From positions 223,382 through 287,381 of the forward strand of contig CP091723.1 in the NCBI GenBank assembly GCA_022009775.1: DNA of 64,000 bases, read 5' to 3'. Both the position numbers and the translations under genes were made by a program. This DNA is from Christensenella sp. Lineage in GTDB: Bacteria > Bacillota > Clostridia > Christensenellales > CAG-917. Below, piece after piece: positions 22,842-35,234 of the stretch; position 1 is the first letter of the stretch, and each line of letters opens with the position of its first letter. Below the pieces are notes generated by a model. It was not told where the DNA came from. It saw only the letters and a program-made list of their open reading frames with translations, and did no database searches.

Positions 22842-24458
22842 TTATTTGGCGTATTCTACGCTGCGCACTTCCCTGATGACGTTGACTTTGATTTGTCCGG
22901 GGTACTCGAGTTCGTTTTCGAGTTTCTGTGCAATCTCTTTTGCAAGGAAAACCGTGCTTGCGTCGTTGACTTGTTCGGGCTTGACCATAACTCTGATTTC
23001 TCTGCCCGCTTGCACTGCAAACGTTTGTTCGACGCCGTCAAAGGATTTTGCGATATCTTCGAGTTTTTCGATACGTTTGACGTAAGTTTCGACGGATTCG
23101 CGTCTTGCACCGGGTCTTGCACTTGAAATTGCGTCCGCCGCCTGAACGAGCACCGCCGAGATTGTTTGCGGTTCGATGTCATTGTGGTGCGCCGCGATTG
23201 CGTGAATGACTTCGGGGCTTTCCTTATACTTCTTTGCGATGTCTACGCCGAGTTGAATGTGCGTGCCTTCGAGTTCGTGGTCGACGGCTTTGCCGATGTC
23301 GTGCAACAAACCTGCTCTTCTTGCAACTCTTGGGTCTACGCCGAGTTCTGCCGCCATGACAGACGCAAGAGACGCGACTTCGATTGAGTGTTTAAGCACG
23401 TTTTGTCCGTAACTTGTGCGGTATTTGAGTCTGCCGAGAATCTTGATGATTTCGGGGTGCAAGCCATGAACGCCCACTTCAAACGCCGCTTCTTCGCCTG
23501 CTTCTTTGATGCCTGCTTCGACTTCTTTTCTCACCTTGTCGACCATCTCTTCGATGCGTGCGGGGTGAATACGTCCGTCGGTGATAAGTTTTTCAAGCGT
23601 AAGTCTTGCGACTTCTCTTCTTACGGGATCGAAACTTGAGAGAGTGATGACGTCGGGCGTGTCGTCGATGATAAGGTCGACGCCGGTTGCAGATTCCAGC
23701 GCACGGATGTTTCTGCCCATGCGGCCGATGATTCTGCCCTTCATCTCGTCGTTGGGAAGAGCGACGACTGAAACGGTGTTTTCGGTTGCGTGATCAGCCG
23801 CGCAACGTTGAATCGCTTGAGATATGATGTTTTGCGCTTCCTTCACCGCATTGTCTTTTGCTTCTGCGATGAGATTCTTTGCGTCTTGTGCGGCACTCTT
23901 TTTCACACCGTCAAGCAATGCTTCTTTGAGTTCCTGCGATGCTTCTTCCTTGGTCATGCCCGCAACTCTTTCGAGTTCCTTTTGCATCTTTTCTTGCGAA
24001 TTGTTGAGTTCCGCTTCGATGCCTTTGAGGCGTTCCTTGGTTTCTTCGATTTGTTTTTGAGATTTTTCGACGTCGTCGAGTTTCTTGTCAAGAGTTGCGT
24101 CCTTTTTGTCGAGAACGTCTTCTTTCTTGTCAAGTGCCGCTTCCTTTTGTGCCAAGCGGTTTTCGGTGCGTTGCCAATCCTGTTTGCGCTCTTTTGTCTC
24201 GTTTTCAAACTCGACGCGCATTTTGTTCATAGTTTCTTTTGCTTCGAGCAAGCCGTCTTTGCGAATGGTCTTCGCTTCGAGATTGGCTTCTTCGACTATT
24301 CTTGCCGCTTCGCGCTTCGCGTTGCCGATTTTGTTTTGAGAATAGAGTCTGTAAACAAGCCAGCCGACGAGTGCGCCCACGATGAGAGCGACTGCCGCAG
24401 CGATACCTGCCGCACCACCCATCGAAATGGCAAGCAATGAATTAAAATTGCCGGTCAT
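22842..24458 (-). CDS. rny: Ribonuclease Y
   Basis: N-terminal TM, coiled coil, KH ([12 protein letters not shown]) and HD domain (LLHDIGK). Confidence 0.95.
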   Translation of the reverse strand: MTGNFNSLLAISMGGAAGIAAAVALIVGALVGWLVYRLYSQNKIGNAKREAARIVEEANLEAKTIRKDGLLEAKETMNKMRVEFENETKERKQDWQRTENRLAQKEAALDKKEDVLDKKDATLDKKLDDVEKSQKQIEETKERLKGIEAELNNSQEKMQKELERVAGMTKEEASQELKEALLDGVKKSAAQDAKNLIAEAKDNAVKEAQNIISQAIQRCAADHATENTVSVVALPNDEMKGRIIGRMGRNIRALESATGVDLIIDDTPDVITLSSFDPVRREVARLTLEKLITDGRIHPARIEEMVDKVRKEVEAGIKEAGEEAAFEVGVHGLHPEIIKILGRLKYRTSYGQNVLKHSIEVASLASVMAAELGVDPRVARRAGLLHDIGKAVDHELEGTHIQLGVDIAKKYKESPEVIHAIAAHHNDIEPQTISAVLVQAADAISSARPGARRESVETYVKRIEKLEDIAKSFDGVEQTFAVQAGREIRVMVKPEQVNDASTVFLAKEIAQKLENELEYPGQIKVNVIREVRSVEYAK

Positions 24459-24648
24459 AGTGGACCTCCATATATATAATCAAAACCACAAATGAAAGCA
24501 AAAATACGGCGTATCAAAATATCCGTCGGGCAAAATCGCGCCCATGCGAAATCTATTGAACTTTATCTATACCAAACATTGTTTCCAATATATAGTTTTG
24601 TCGATATAAAGTATATACTATTTATAGCGTTTCGTCAACGGGGGCGGT

Positions 24649-24680
24649 AAAAAAAATCGCCTTTCGCAATGCAAAAAGCG
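24649..24680 (-). terminator. Candidate recA terminator
   Basis: Minus strand: CGCUUUU..AAAGGCG stem followed by U8. Confidence 0.5.
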
Positions 24681-24728
24681 ATATTTTTTTAATTTTTTGC
24701 AAAATTGACACTTAATCTTGAAAATACG

Positions 24729-25739
24729 TCAGTTCATCTCGTATTTTTCGCGGATTTTCGCGTCGATTTCTTCAAACACTTCGGGGTGAGCCTTCAAGAA
24801 ATCCATTGTCTTGTCTCTGCCCTGTCCGATCTTTTCATCGTTGTAACTGAACCAACTTCCGCTCTTTTGAATGAAGCCGTTTTCAACCGCAAGATCGAGC
24901 ACACATCCCATGTTGGAAATGCCAGTGCCGTACATAATGTCGAATTCCGCAACTTTGAACGGCGGTGCGACTTTGTTCTTGACTATTTTTGCTTTGACGT
25001 GGTTGCCCACGATGTCGCTGCCGTCTTTGATTGTGTCTGCCTTGCGCACTTCGATACGCACGGAAGAATAGAATTTAAGTGCTTTGCCGCCCGTCGTGGT
25101 CTCGGGATTGCCGTACATAACGCCGATCTTTTCACGCAATTGGTTGATGAAAATGAGCGTACATTTGCTCTTGGAAGTCGCCGCCGTGATCTTGCGAAGT
25201 GCCTGCGACATAAGACGAGCTTGCATACCAACGTGACTGTCCCCCATATCACCGTCGAGTTCCGCTTGCGGAGTGAGCGCGGCAACGGAGTCGATGACAA
25301 TGATGTCGATTGCGCCGCTTCTGACGAGCGTTTCTACGATTTCGAGTGCTTGTTCACCGCTGTCGGGCTGTGAAATGTAAAGGTCGTCGAGATTTACGCC
25401 GAGTTTTGACGCGTAAATGGGGTCGAGTGCGTGTTCTGCGTCAACGTACGCCGCAGTGCCGCCCTTCTTTTGCACTTCCGCCACGCAGTGAAGCGCGACC
25501 GTCGTTTTGCCCGAAGATTCGGGACCGTATATTTCGATGATTCTTCCTTGCGGAATTCCGCCGATGCCGAGTGCCACGTCGAGCGTCAAACAACCCGTCG
25601 AAATCGCTTCGACTTTGGGAATTTCGGTCTCGCCGAGACGCATAACCGCACCTTTGCCGAAATCTTTCTCGATTTTGGCAAGAGCAAGTTGCAAATTGTG
25701 CGCTCTATCGGTGGATTTGTCTTGAACTTTGTCTGCCAT
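24729..25739 (-). CDS. recA: Recombinase A
   Basis: GPESSGKTT Walker A. Full-length RecA pattern. Confidence 0.97.
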   Translation of the reverse strand: MADKVQDKSTDRAHNLQLALAKIEKDFGKGAVMRLGETEIPKVEAISTGCLTLDVALGIGGIPQGRIIEIYGPESSGKTTVALHCVAEVQKKGGTAAYVDAEHALDPIYASKLGVNLDDLYISQPDSGEQALEIVETLVRSGAIDIIVIDSVAALTPQAELDGDMGDSHVGMQARLMSQALRKITAATSKSKCTLIFINQLREKIGVMYGNPETTTGGKALKFYSSVRIEVRKADTIKDGSDIVGNHVKAKIVKNKVAPPFKVAEFDIMYGTGISNMGCVLDLAVENGFIQKSGSWFSYNDEKIGQGRDKTMDFLKAHPEVFEEIDAKIREKYEMN

Positions 25740-25842
25740 AGTGTTTCTCCTTTATATCCGTTCGCCCGTCGGGCGATCCCTTTTTTCAAGTTTATTATAT
25801 AACGTTCTATGTCCCGAAATCGGTACATTGACGCGTTTTTCT

Positions 25843-26544
25843 TTACAGTCTCAGAATGTCGCCTTTCAAATACCTTATCAGATAAAACAACGCAACGTTT
25901 GAAGTGGCTTTTCTTATCTCGTTGCGACTGCCCGAAAACTTCCTTTCAAACACGGTTATGAAGTCTCCGCCGCCGACTGCTATATACACAAGTCCGACGG
26001 GTTTTCCTTCGTCTCCTGCAGGGCCTGCAAGCCCTGTGGTCGCAAGCGCAATGTCAACGGGTCTTCTGCAAAGACCTTTCACCATTGCGTACGCAGTTTC
26101 TCTCGACACCGCGCCGTATTCTCCGAGCACCGCTTTCGGCACTCCGAGTCTGTCCATTTTAGAGCCACGATTGTAGCATACGATACCTTCGTAAAAGTTT
26201 GCGCTTATGCCGGGTATCGCCGTAAGTCTTGAACAGATTTCGCCGCCCGTGAGACTTTCGGCAACCGCCAGCGTGCGATTGTTCATTTTGAGAAGTTTAG
26301 CCGCAATATCTTCGAGAACGCCGTCGACTGCCGAGTATACTTCTTCTTCAAAGGCATTGTAAACTCTGCTCTTCACCATTTCGAACGTGGTTCTGTCCCC
26401 CGTCGATTTCATGGTTATAGCGGCATCGAGACAATCTTCTTTCACGGAAAAATCAACGCCGAAACTGTCGAACTTTTTAAGTCTTTCCGCAATCTCTTCG
26501 CCGCTTAATCCGCATATTTTGATAGTCTCGCAACAGTTTGCCAT
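25843..26544 (-). CDS. cinA: CinA-family protein (PncC-type nicotinamide-nucleotide amidase C-terminal domain)
   Basis: LAVAESLTGGEI motif. Conserved cinA-recA synteny. Start uncertain (ORF extends to 26586). Confidence 0.75.
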   Translation of the reverse strand: MANCCETIKICGLSGEEIAERLKKFDSFGVDFSVKEDCLDAAITMKSTGDRTTFEMVKSRVYNAFEEEVYSAVDGVLEDIAAKLLKMNNRTLAVAESLTGGEICSRLTAIPGISANFYEGIVCYNRGSKMDRLGVPKAVLGEYGAVSRETAYAMVKGLCRRPVDIALATTGLAGPAGDEGKPVGLVYIAVGGGDFITVFERKFSGSRNEIRKATSNVALFYLIRYLKGDILRL

Positions 26545-26636
26545 ATTACGCCTTAATTTCGTTTTTCGATATTCTAACGCACTCAACCGTCAAATCAACG
26601 TCAAGCGCATATCATAAAATCACACTCAAAACAGTC

Positions 26637-27290
26637 TTACGCTTTTTCTTGCTCGGCTTCGTCTTGCTTTTTGTCTTCTTCGTCGTCCTGTTTGAGAACC
26701 TGCTTGTTTTTGAAAACGTAGTTGAAGCCGCTGTAAACCGCCAAAATCGCACCGATATAGAACACTATCGTGCCTATCCAGCCGATTATGTAATGCACGC
26801 CTGCAAGCATAAGAAGCGTCACGCCTATGTCGAGCATAACCGTCTTCACCTTGCCATAGATGTCCGCCGCAAGCACGAGACCGCGACTTGCCGCAATGGA
26901 GCGGAAAACGCCTATCATAAGTTCTCTCGATAAAATGATGCCCGAAAGTATCGCTATGACAAGCGCATTGTACGGATACACACCGCCCATCGAGAGTCCG
27001 TCTTTGAAAAGAACGATGAGAAAGAGCATAACCACGATGACGACTTTGTCTGCGAGCGGGTCTAAAAACTTGCCGAGCATTGACACCGTGTTGGTCTTTC
27101 TTGCGATATGACCGTCTATAAAGTCGGTTGCGCAACACACCGCAAACAAGAACGCCGCCACCGCAAGAAGCGCGATATGCGTTGCAGTGCTCACACCCGT
27201 GAGAAGTTCCGCCACGATGAACATTGCCACCGTCGGCACTATTAGAATTATTCTTGCAATCGTGATTTTCGTTGCCAAAGTGATTTTCAT
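26637..27290 (-). CDS. pgsA: CDP-diacylglycerol--glycerol-3-phosphate 3-phosphatidyltransferase
   Basis: CDP-alcohol phosphatidyltransferase motif DFIDGHIARK..GKFLDPLADK. Confidence 0.9.
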   Translation of the reverse strand: MKITLATKITIARIILIVPTVAMFIVAELLTGVSTATHIALLAVAAFLFAVCCATDFIDGHIARKTNTVSMLGKFLDPLADKVVIVVMLFLIVLFKDGLSMGGVYPYNALVIAILSGIILSRELMIGVFRSIAASRGLVLAADIYGKVKTVMLDIGVTLLMLAGVHYIIGWIGTIVFYIGAILAVYSGFNYVFKNKQVLKQDDEEDKKQDEAEQEKA

Positions 27291-27327
27291 TGTTTCACTC
27301 TCCCTACCAAATCCACGCCTGTCGAGC

Positions 27328-28593
27328 CTACAATCTCGACATCGTAAAATTGCCTATCTTCACTTCGTCTTCCGACGTGAAATATACGACGTTGTCTATG
27401 TCCGGTGCTTGCGATTGAGTTCTGCCCACAAAAGACTGTCTGTCATAATCGATGTCGTCGTATATCACTTTCACCGTCTTGCCGACAAGCGAAGCGTTGT
27501 GTTTTTCTATGATTTTTTCTTGCAACTTTTTGAGTTCTTCAGCGCGTTTTTCCCTTGTTCTTTCGGGCAAATGTCCGTCAAGTTTGTCGGCAGGCGTCCC
27601 CTCTTCTCTCGAATAGGCAAAAAAACCCGCATAATCGAATTCGGTGTCTTTGACGAATTGTCTGAGTTTCTCGAATTGTTCTTTCGTTTCTCCCGGAAAA
27701 CCGCAAATGAACGTGGTGCGCACAGTCATACCTGCGGATTTGAGTTTTGCAATCAACTCTCTCACGCTCTTTTCGTTCGTACGACGATTCATACGTTTAA
27801 GCACCGTATCGTCAATATGTTGCAAAGGCACGTCTACGTACTTCACCACTTTCGGACTGTTTTTTATGTACTCGATGAGTGCGTCGACCACCATTTCGGG
27901 ATAGAGATACAAAAGGCGTATCCACTCGAAATCGAGTTTCGAGAGTTCGTCAAGCAATTCTATAAGGTGCGGCTTTCCGTCAAAATCCGTGCCGTATCTC
28001 GTCACGTCCTGCGCAACGAGAATGAGTTCTTTCACTCCGTCGTCCGAAAGTTTCTGCGCTTCGGAGAGCAAATCCTGCATTTTTTCCGAACGATATTTGC
28101 CGCGTATTGACGGAATCGCACAATAAGTGCAATGGTTGTTGCATCCGTCCGCGATTTTAAGATATGCGTAGTGATATGGAGTTGTCAGCACTCTGCCCGA
28201 ATAAAATCCGTCTTTGCAATCGTGAGAAAAAACTCTCTCTCCATTTTCGACTTCCTGCACCGTTTCGAGCATTTTGTCGTAGTCCGCTATTCCGAGAACG
28301 GCGTCGACTTCGGGAAATTCTTCCTTTATCGTATCGGCATAACGTTGAGCAAGACAACCTGTGACGATGACTTTTTTCTTTTTATCCGCCTTTTTTGCGG
28401 AAATTGCGTTCAAAATCTCGTCTATCGATTCTTCTTTTGCTTTGTCGATAAACGCGCAGGTATTGACGATTATGACGTCCGCTTCTTCTTCGCTGCCAAC
28501 GAGCGTATGTCCGCCGCCGACGAGCCTTGAAAGCATCTTCTCGGTGTCTACTCTGTTTTTATCGCAACCGAGCGATATTGCTCCGATTTTCAT
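27328..28593 (-). CDS. rimO: Radical-SAM methylthiotransferase (RimO-type)
   Basis: MTTase N-domain SLGCDKNRVDTE, radical-SAM CNNHCTYC, TRAM C-terminus. ftsK-rimO-pgsA synteny. Confidence 0.8.
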   Translation of the reverse strand: MKIGAISLGCDKNRVDTEKMLSRLVGGGHTLVGSEEEADVIIVNTCAFIDKAKEESIDEILNAISAKKADKKKKVIVTGCLAQRYADTIKEEFPEVDAVLGIADYDKMLETVQEVENGERVFSHDCKDGFYSGRVLTTPYHYAYLKIADGCNNHCTYCAIPSIRGKYRSEKMQDLLSEAQKLSDDGVKELILVAQDVTRYGTDFDGKPHLIELLDELSKLDFEWIRLLYLYPEMVVDALIEYIKNSPKVVKYVDVPLQHIDDTVLKRMNRRTNEKSVRELIAKLKSAGMTVRTTFICGFPGETKEQFEKLRQFVKDTEFDYAGFFAYSREEGTPADKLDGHLPERTREKRAEELKKLQEKIIEKHNASLVGKTVKVIYDDIDYDRQSFVGRTQSQAPDIDNVVYFTSEDEVKIGNFTMSRL

Positions 28594-31500
28594 TCTTCGT
28601 CTTCCTTTTCGGCTTCTGCACGCAGATTTGCCAGTTCTTCGTAACTGATGTTGACTTTCTTCTTCTTCGGATCGTGTTCGTCGGGAGAGAGATATCCCAT
28701 TCTGTCCATAAGGTCGTAAATCTTTGCCGCCTTAGGCCAGCCAAAGCCCATACGACGTTGCAGGAAAGATATGCTGATAGGCGCGTCCTGCTCTTCGCGA
28801 AGTTGTATGCCGAGTTCGAGCACGTCGTAAAGTTCGGGCGGAATCTTGTTGCGGTCGTTGGCGTGGGTGTTGCCGTTTCCTTGCGGCTTCTCTTCTTCCT
28901 TCTCCTTGAAGATTGCGTCCTTGATGTTGTTGTCAAAGTACGCGTCGTTCTTTGCCTTGACAAAGTCCACGATGTCCTTGACTTCTTCGTTGGAGATGTA
29001 TGCACCTTGCATACGTTCGAGCGCGCTCGCTCCAGGCAACATAAACAACATATCGCCGTTGCCGAGCAATTTGTCCGCACCAACGCTGTCAAGCACCGTC
29101 TTACTGTCAAAGCTAGACGTGACTTTGAATGCGATACGCGCCGGGAAATTATTTTTGATCGTGCCGCTGATAACATCAACGGACGGTCTTTGCGTTGCAA
29201 GCACAAGGTGTATGCCCACTGCACGCGCAAGTCTTGCGATGCGGTTTACGGTGTCTTCAACCGCTTTCTTGCCGGTTGACATAAGGTCTGCAAATTCGTC
29301 GACGATGATGACGATTCTCGGCATCTTTTCATAGCCGTTCTTCACGCAATCTTCGTTGTATTCTTCGATGTTGCGATAGTTGACTTCCGCAAGATATTTG
29401 ATACGACGTTCCATCTCGGTTATCGTCCAGTTGAGCGCGCGTATAGCCTTGTCTGTGTCGCAAATTATTTCGTCCATAAGGAGATGCGGAATGCCTGCAT
29501 AGATACTAAGTTCCACACGTTTGGGGTCGATAAGGATAAGACGCACGTCATCGGGTGACGCTTTGTAGAGCAAGCTGACTATGATTGAGTTTATGCAGCA
29601 GCTCTTGCCTGCGCCGGTCGCGCCTGCGATAAGCACGTGCGGCAACTTTCTGACAAGCACAACTTTTGATTGACCGTACAGGTTTTTGCCCAGCGCAAAC
29701 GTGTTGGGATCTTTTGATCCGTTAAACTCGGGAGAGCCGATAATCTCGGACAAGTTTACGTTGCGGCGATGCTTGTTAGGAACTTCGATACCGACGGCGT
29801 TTTCGCCCGGGATAGGCGCAATTATACGCACGCTTTCCGCTTCCATCTTCATCGCTATATCGTTTTCAAGCGTGGAAATGTAGTTGATCGTCCTTCCGCG
29901 CGGCATCTCGACACGCAATTTGTACATCGTAAACGTCGGACCGACCATGATGTCGATCACTTCACTCGCAATATTGAAGAAAGAAAGCGTTCCGATGATC
30001 TGTTCTTTCTTTTGCTCGTAGTCTTCGTTTTGATCCACTTCGGGAGCAGGCGGAACAAGTAGGCTCATGGGCGGAGCAACGTAAGGGCGTTTCGGCGTGG
30101 CTTGAGATATTGCCTGATCCACGTTGACCTGCGTGAGACGTTGTTTTTCGCTCTTTTCCGCTTTTACGGTCTTGGGTGCGTCGTCCTTTTGCAAACCGCG
30201 ACTCTTTGCCGCATTCATCTTCTCTTCGCGCATGAGTGCTTCACGTTCGTATTGCCCCATTTGCGGAGTTTCTTTGATTGCTTGTTTTATATTCTGGATA
30301 CGAGCGTTAACTTCGGCGTTTTCGATGTTCTTTGCCGATTGCTTTGCGATTGCGGTCGTAGACTGAATCGCACTTCTAGACATATCGCCGCCCGTAACTT
30401 TCTGCTGAACGGGTGCGGGGGCACTTGGCACTTCACCGCCGACCGTCTTGTCGTCGTCAACGTATTTCGCGCGCTGACTTTCAAGCGTAGCCTTACTCAT
30501 TTCGTATGGTTTTGCAATCGGCTTGGATTTGCCTATGCCACCGAAATAGTTGGCTTCCGTGTTCTCTGACGGCTCTTCTTTCGTGACAGCAGTCTGTGCA
30601 AACGCTCTCGGGATTTTGGTCTCTCCTTGAACGGGCTTGTATCCGCTTCTGTCAGCGTCTTCGACACTCTGATTTTTCTTTGGTTGAACGACGGGCGGTT
30701 GAACTTCGACCTGCTTTTGTTCACTCTTGGTGACGTCGTTTTTCGCTTTTTGAGAAACGGCGGCAGGTGCTTTTTGAGTTTCCGCTCCGTCACGAGCGAT
30801 ATACACCATATCCGTCTTCGGTTTGTCGTACGCTTCGGAAGTTATCTCTTCTTTCACGACGGGCTTGGGCGGTTCTTCACCCGAAATCGCTCTGTTGAGC
30901 GCGCCGAGCATCCCCACGTTGACCTGAGATTGTCCCGTTGCGTTCTGCGCTTTTTGTATGGTTGCGTTTATTGCGTCTCCGCCGCCGACAACTTTCGTGG
31001 GCTTGACAACTTCTTTCTTGACGGGTTCTGCAATGAGACACGCTTCGTCTTGTTGTTCGAGATGCACTCCCGCTTCAAACTCGGGCTTTGCGTACATCTC
31101 GCCGAAACGCTGAGTCTGCTCTTGTTTCAACGCATTGAAATCGCGCTTGAAATCGAGCGGAGATTGAATCTTGCTCGTTGCGCTTTCTTGCTCTGCCGCC
31201 TGCAAGGCAGGTTTTGCCGCCTTGTCGTCTTGCTGATAGGACGCGCGGTATCTGGACATAAAGTCTTCTTTGATCGCACTGGACGTGGTGTCTATGCCGA
31301 GTTTGTTTTTAAGCTCGTTTCTGCGCATTGCGCTGTAAGAGGGAGAAACGTTGCCGAGCGCGTTTTTTCGGGTCGCTTGCCGAGCCGAAGCGCGCAAGAT
31401 TGTCTTTGCTCGGACCGGAACCGAAAAGAATGTCCTTTGCTATGCCGCGCGGTGAGAATTGCTCAGGATTGTACGGACGTTTTTGCTCGTCTTCGATGTT

Positions 31501-32301
31501 TCCGCTTGCATTCGGATAAAGCGGATTGAATCCTATGGGCTTGTATCCGTCTGCGCCGAGAGCCTTTTTATCCCCCACTCTTTCTCTGTCGTCGCTGTTT
31601 ACGTCAACGACGTACAAATCCTTTTGCGGATTTGAAAAATCGGTGAGAATAGGCGCGTTTTGCGCGTCAATAAGTCTTCCGTTTGCAGTCTGTTCCTGTT
31701 TTGATTTTTTCTTGAAAAGATTGCGTTTTTGTTTGGGCTTGCTTTGATTGGCAACTTGTCTTTGTCTGTCCGACTTGTCGGCAACGGTGTAAGTGACGTT
31801 ACGCTTAATTGACGGAAATATCGCAAAAAACGCAAGGATAAAAAACGCCACGCACGCAACGACCAACGCCCCCACCGACGTGATGAGTTTCATAAGCGGA
31901 AATGCGAGTATACCGAAAAGCATACCGCCTGCGGTGTTGGTGTTGTTGTAGCAGTTGAGAAGATATCCGCCCCAGTCAGCACCGATGATGTGTGCGCTCG
32001 ACGAGTAAATGTGCAGTGCAAAAATGCCGATGATAAGCAAGCCGAAATACATGATTGCTTTTGAAGGGCGCATCTTCACTCTCACGTTGAAAGTCACGGC
32101 AATGCCGATGATGAGTCCCATAAGAAAATATGCGTACGCCGCAAGACCGAAAAATCCCGCTAGAAAACCGTACACCATTCTGCCGACTCCGCCCAACGCT
32201 CCGACCAAAGATAAGAAACAGAAAAGCGACACTATGATGACCAAAATGCCAGCCGCAATCCTGTTGCCCCTATTCGCTTTTGCTTGTCTTGTATTCTCCA
32301 A
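28590..32301 (-). CDS. ftsK: DNA translocase FtsK/SpoIIIE (frameshift in a T6/A6 run near 31365-31375)
   Basis: N-terminal 4-5 TMs, long linker, motor domain with GATGAGKS Walker A, gamma domain at the C-terminus. Confidence 0.9.
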
Positions 32302-32505
32302 GGTTTACCTTCCTAGTAATATATAATATTAGTATTGAAAATTATACCACAAACAAGACGCGTTTTCAAGAGAAAAGAAAGAGAAAAATTATCGTATATT
32401 TTTTGACAAGGTTAGATAGCCGAATTTGAATTAATAATTAATAATGAACAATTAACAATTAATTTTTTTAGTAGGATAACACGCAACATAAAAACGCGAT
32501 ATTGA

Positions 32506-32650
32506 GATGAAAAACAAGAAAACACCCATCCAAAACAAAACCCAACGTACATTGGGTACGTGATTTTGGAGCGGATGGGTGTTGTAAGGAACGAAGTGAC
32601 GGAATAGCGATTGTTACGCTTTGCGTCAATCGCGTCCGATGTTATTCGCT
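32506..32650 (-). terminator. T-module (variant) terminator, second of two after the M16 peptidase gene
   Basis: Minus strand: ACACCCAUCC..GGAUGGGUGU stem with apical GUAC..GUAC, then UUUUCUUGUUUUUCAUC. Confidence 0.7.
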
Positions 32651-32670
32651 ATTGGCGTTTTCTAAAAAAT

Positions 32671-32836
32671 GCGCTAAATAGATGAATGACGCGAAAGTGC
32701 CCCGAGAATGACAACCCTAATGTGCATGTAGTACATGAGTTGGCAGGCTCAGGGCACTGTAAGGAACGAAGTGACGGAATAGCGATTGTTACGAAGTCAA
32801 TCGCGTCCAAAGTCAGTCGCTATTTAGCGCGTTTTT
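32671..32836 (-). terminator. T-module whose outer arm pairs with the last codons of the M16 peptidase CDS
   Basis: GCGCTAAATAG (32671-32681) is complementary to CTATTTAGCGC (32820-32830, inside the CDS). Apical CAACCCTAATGTGCATGTAGTACATGAGTTG. Confidence 0.7.
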
Positions 32837-34079
32837 GATGTCGATGTCGTCGAAACGAGATACAATACTACTGCACACGTTCGTGAAATCAAAGATTTCA
32901 CGCGAAGCACGCAAAACGTCTTCGGCGGTAGTTTGGTCTATCATTGATATGCAGGTATCGAAGTCATAAAGTTGTCCGGTTTGAACGGCGTGCGCACCGA
33001 AAGTTCGCATCATTGCGGAAGTACTTTCCTGCCCGAGAACAAGCGACGTTTTGAGTTGTTGTTTGCCTTTTTCGAGTTCCTGCTCACTCACGCCTTTTTC
33101 GAGCAAAAGATCTATTTCTTCCCTGATTGCGTGCACCGCTTTCAAGGCGTTTTCGGGGCTTGTTGACGTGTAGATTATAAAGGCACCGTTCTTCTCGTAT
33201 GCGGACGGATAGCCGTAAATCGTATAGCAAAGTCCGTGCTTTTCTCTGACGCTTTGGAAAAGTCTTGACGACATTTCCATGCTGAAAATTATGCACATAA
33301 GTTGCATAGCGACTCCCCTGTCGTCGTTGTACGGATAGCACGGGAACGCAAATGCGATATGGCTTTGTTCGATGTCTTTTTTCTTCTTGCAGGACGTCGA
33401 ATGTTCGGGACGCACGTTGACAGGTTGCGCGTCGTATTTCACGCCTTTTTCAAACTTGCTCTCGAAATATTTTTCCACGAGTGAAACGGCTTGCTCGACG
33501 GTCATATTGCCGGCAATGGAAACAATCGTGTTTGGTGCGACGTAATGCTTTGCGTGATACGCTCGCAAGGTCTCGCTCGTCATAGATTTCAACGTCTTTT
33601 TCGTGCCGAGAATGGTCTTTTCAAGCGTGCAACCTTTGAAAAAGTTGCTCATAAGGCGTTCAAGACACAAATCGTCGGGGGGTATCTTCACTCTCGTTGA
33701 TTTCTTCGATGACAACCCTGCGCTCCTTTTCGAGTTCGATAGGGTCGAATGCGGGATTGAAATACATATCCGAAAGCACGTCTGCGCATTTTTCAACGTT
33801 CGTATCCAACGAAACAGTGTGAAAACACGTATAACTTTTTGCCGTATACGCATTGATTTGCGCACCGATAGAGTCAATTTCGTTGACGATATCGAAACTG
33901 GAACGAGTTTTCGTGCCTTTGAAAACCATGTGTTCTATGAAGTGAGATATTCCGTTGATTTCGGGAGTTTCACGCACTACGCCTGCGCCGACGAATACGC
34001 CGAGCGCAACCGACCTGACGGCTGTGTTCTGAACAAATACAAGTTTAAGCCCGCTTGGGAAATTTATCATTTTTTGCAT
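32813..34079 (-). CDS. M16-family (pitrilysin/insulinase-like) zinc peptidase (frameshift in a G6 run near 33683)
   Basis: HFIEH zinc motif (HxxEH) and EEINESED. The two ORF fragments are contiguous. Confidence 0.8.
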
Positions 34080-34127
34080 ACGGACATTATAACACATAGA
34101 TTGATAAGCGCAATCATATTTTATGGT

Positions 34128-34846
34128 ATGAATGAAATTAAGTTCCGTACTTTTTGCGCAAATTTTGTCATAATCGCAACGCTGCTTATGTCGTTTGCGG
34201 TGGCTTTCATTGCCGCTTATCCCGAAAAAAGCGACGTGATGACAGTCAACAACGCCATATACGAAGGCAACAAGGAATCGGGAAAAGTCGCACTGACTTT
34301 CAACGTGTACGAGCGCACGGACAACGTGCTGAAAATAGCGGAAATTCTCAACGATCACGGTGCGAAAGCAACGTTTTTCGTGGGTGGATGTTGGGTCGCA
34401 AAAAACGCCGATACGCTTCTAAAACTATCATCTAACGGCTTTGAAATAGGAAATCACGGATATTCTCATCGCGACCACGCAGAACTGAACGTGAAGAGCA
34501 ACGCCGACGAAATCAGAGTCACCGAAAGACTTATCGACAAGGCTTTGTCGTCACTTCCCGACTACAAAAATTCAAAACTATTCGCTCCACCGAGCGGCAG
34601 TATGGGGAAAACATGTTCATCGTCTGCAAGGACATGGGATACAAGGTGATAATGTGGACAAGCGATACGATAGACTGGCGTGACCACGACGCAAATCTAA
34701 TATTCGAACGCGCAACGAATAACTTGAAAGCAGGCGATATAATTCTTATGCACCCAACAGACGACACCGTCACCGCCCTACCAAAAATTCTCGAATACAT
34801 CTCGGCGCAAGGTCTGACAGCCGACATCGTAAGCAACGTGATTTAA
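34128..34846 (+). CDS. Polysaccharide deacetylase (NodB-type; PdaB-like) (frameshift near 34600-34615)
   Basis: N-terminal TM, LTFNVYE.., GNHGYSHRDH (NodB His motif). Confidence 0.75.
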
Positions 34847-34855
34847 TATGGAAAA

Positions 34856-35234
34856 ACTAAACGCTATATTGATTTTATAACAAGAAAGGGCCGCTCTTCA
34901 CAGGCGGGAGCGTACTTGTTGTACGTGACTGTCTGTGAAGTGGCTCTGCCGTAGTTATTCTCCCCACTGTCCCCCCTATATCCTAAACGCAATATTTAGA
35001 TGAAGAACAAGGAAACACCGCCAAACACAGACAAGAGTGTACTTGCTGTACATGACTGTTTGTGGTGGCGGTGTTGACGCAGTTATTCACCCCAACATTC
35101 TACATACCCTAAACGCACAGTTTAGATGAAGAACAAGAAAGAGCCCCTTGAACAGCAACCCTAATGTACATTTAGTACATGAGTTGATGAGCAAGGGACT
35201 CTGCCGAAGTTGTTCGCTAAACTGTGCGTTTAGG
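34856..35234 (-). terminator. Three tandem T-modules downstream of pnp (approximately 34856-34980, 34981-35107 and 35108-35234)
   Basis: Each unit is CTAAACGCnnnnTTTAGATGAAGAACAAG(G)AAA + a long stem with different but self-complementary sequence + apical GTAC..GTAC + G(A/C)CG(C/A/T)AGTT(A/G)TTC. On the minus strand each stem is followed by UUUCUUGUUCUUCAUC. Confidence 0.8.

Noticed and set aside
25740-25842. LexA/Cheo SOS box upstream of recA
   Set aside because: Only a half-site-like GAACGTT is present. There is no GAAC-N4-GTTC palindrome, so I am not reporting an operator.
34856-35234. Tandem ~125-bp units downstream of pnp as a CRISPR array
   Set aside because: The units are long hairpins with conserved flanks, and the variable part is self-complementary stem sequence, not unique spacers. 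The periodicity and repeat length do not fit CRISPR. No cas genes are present in the window.
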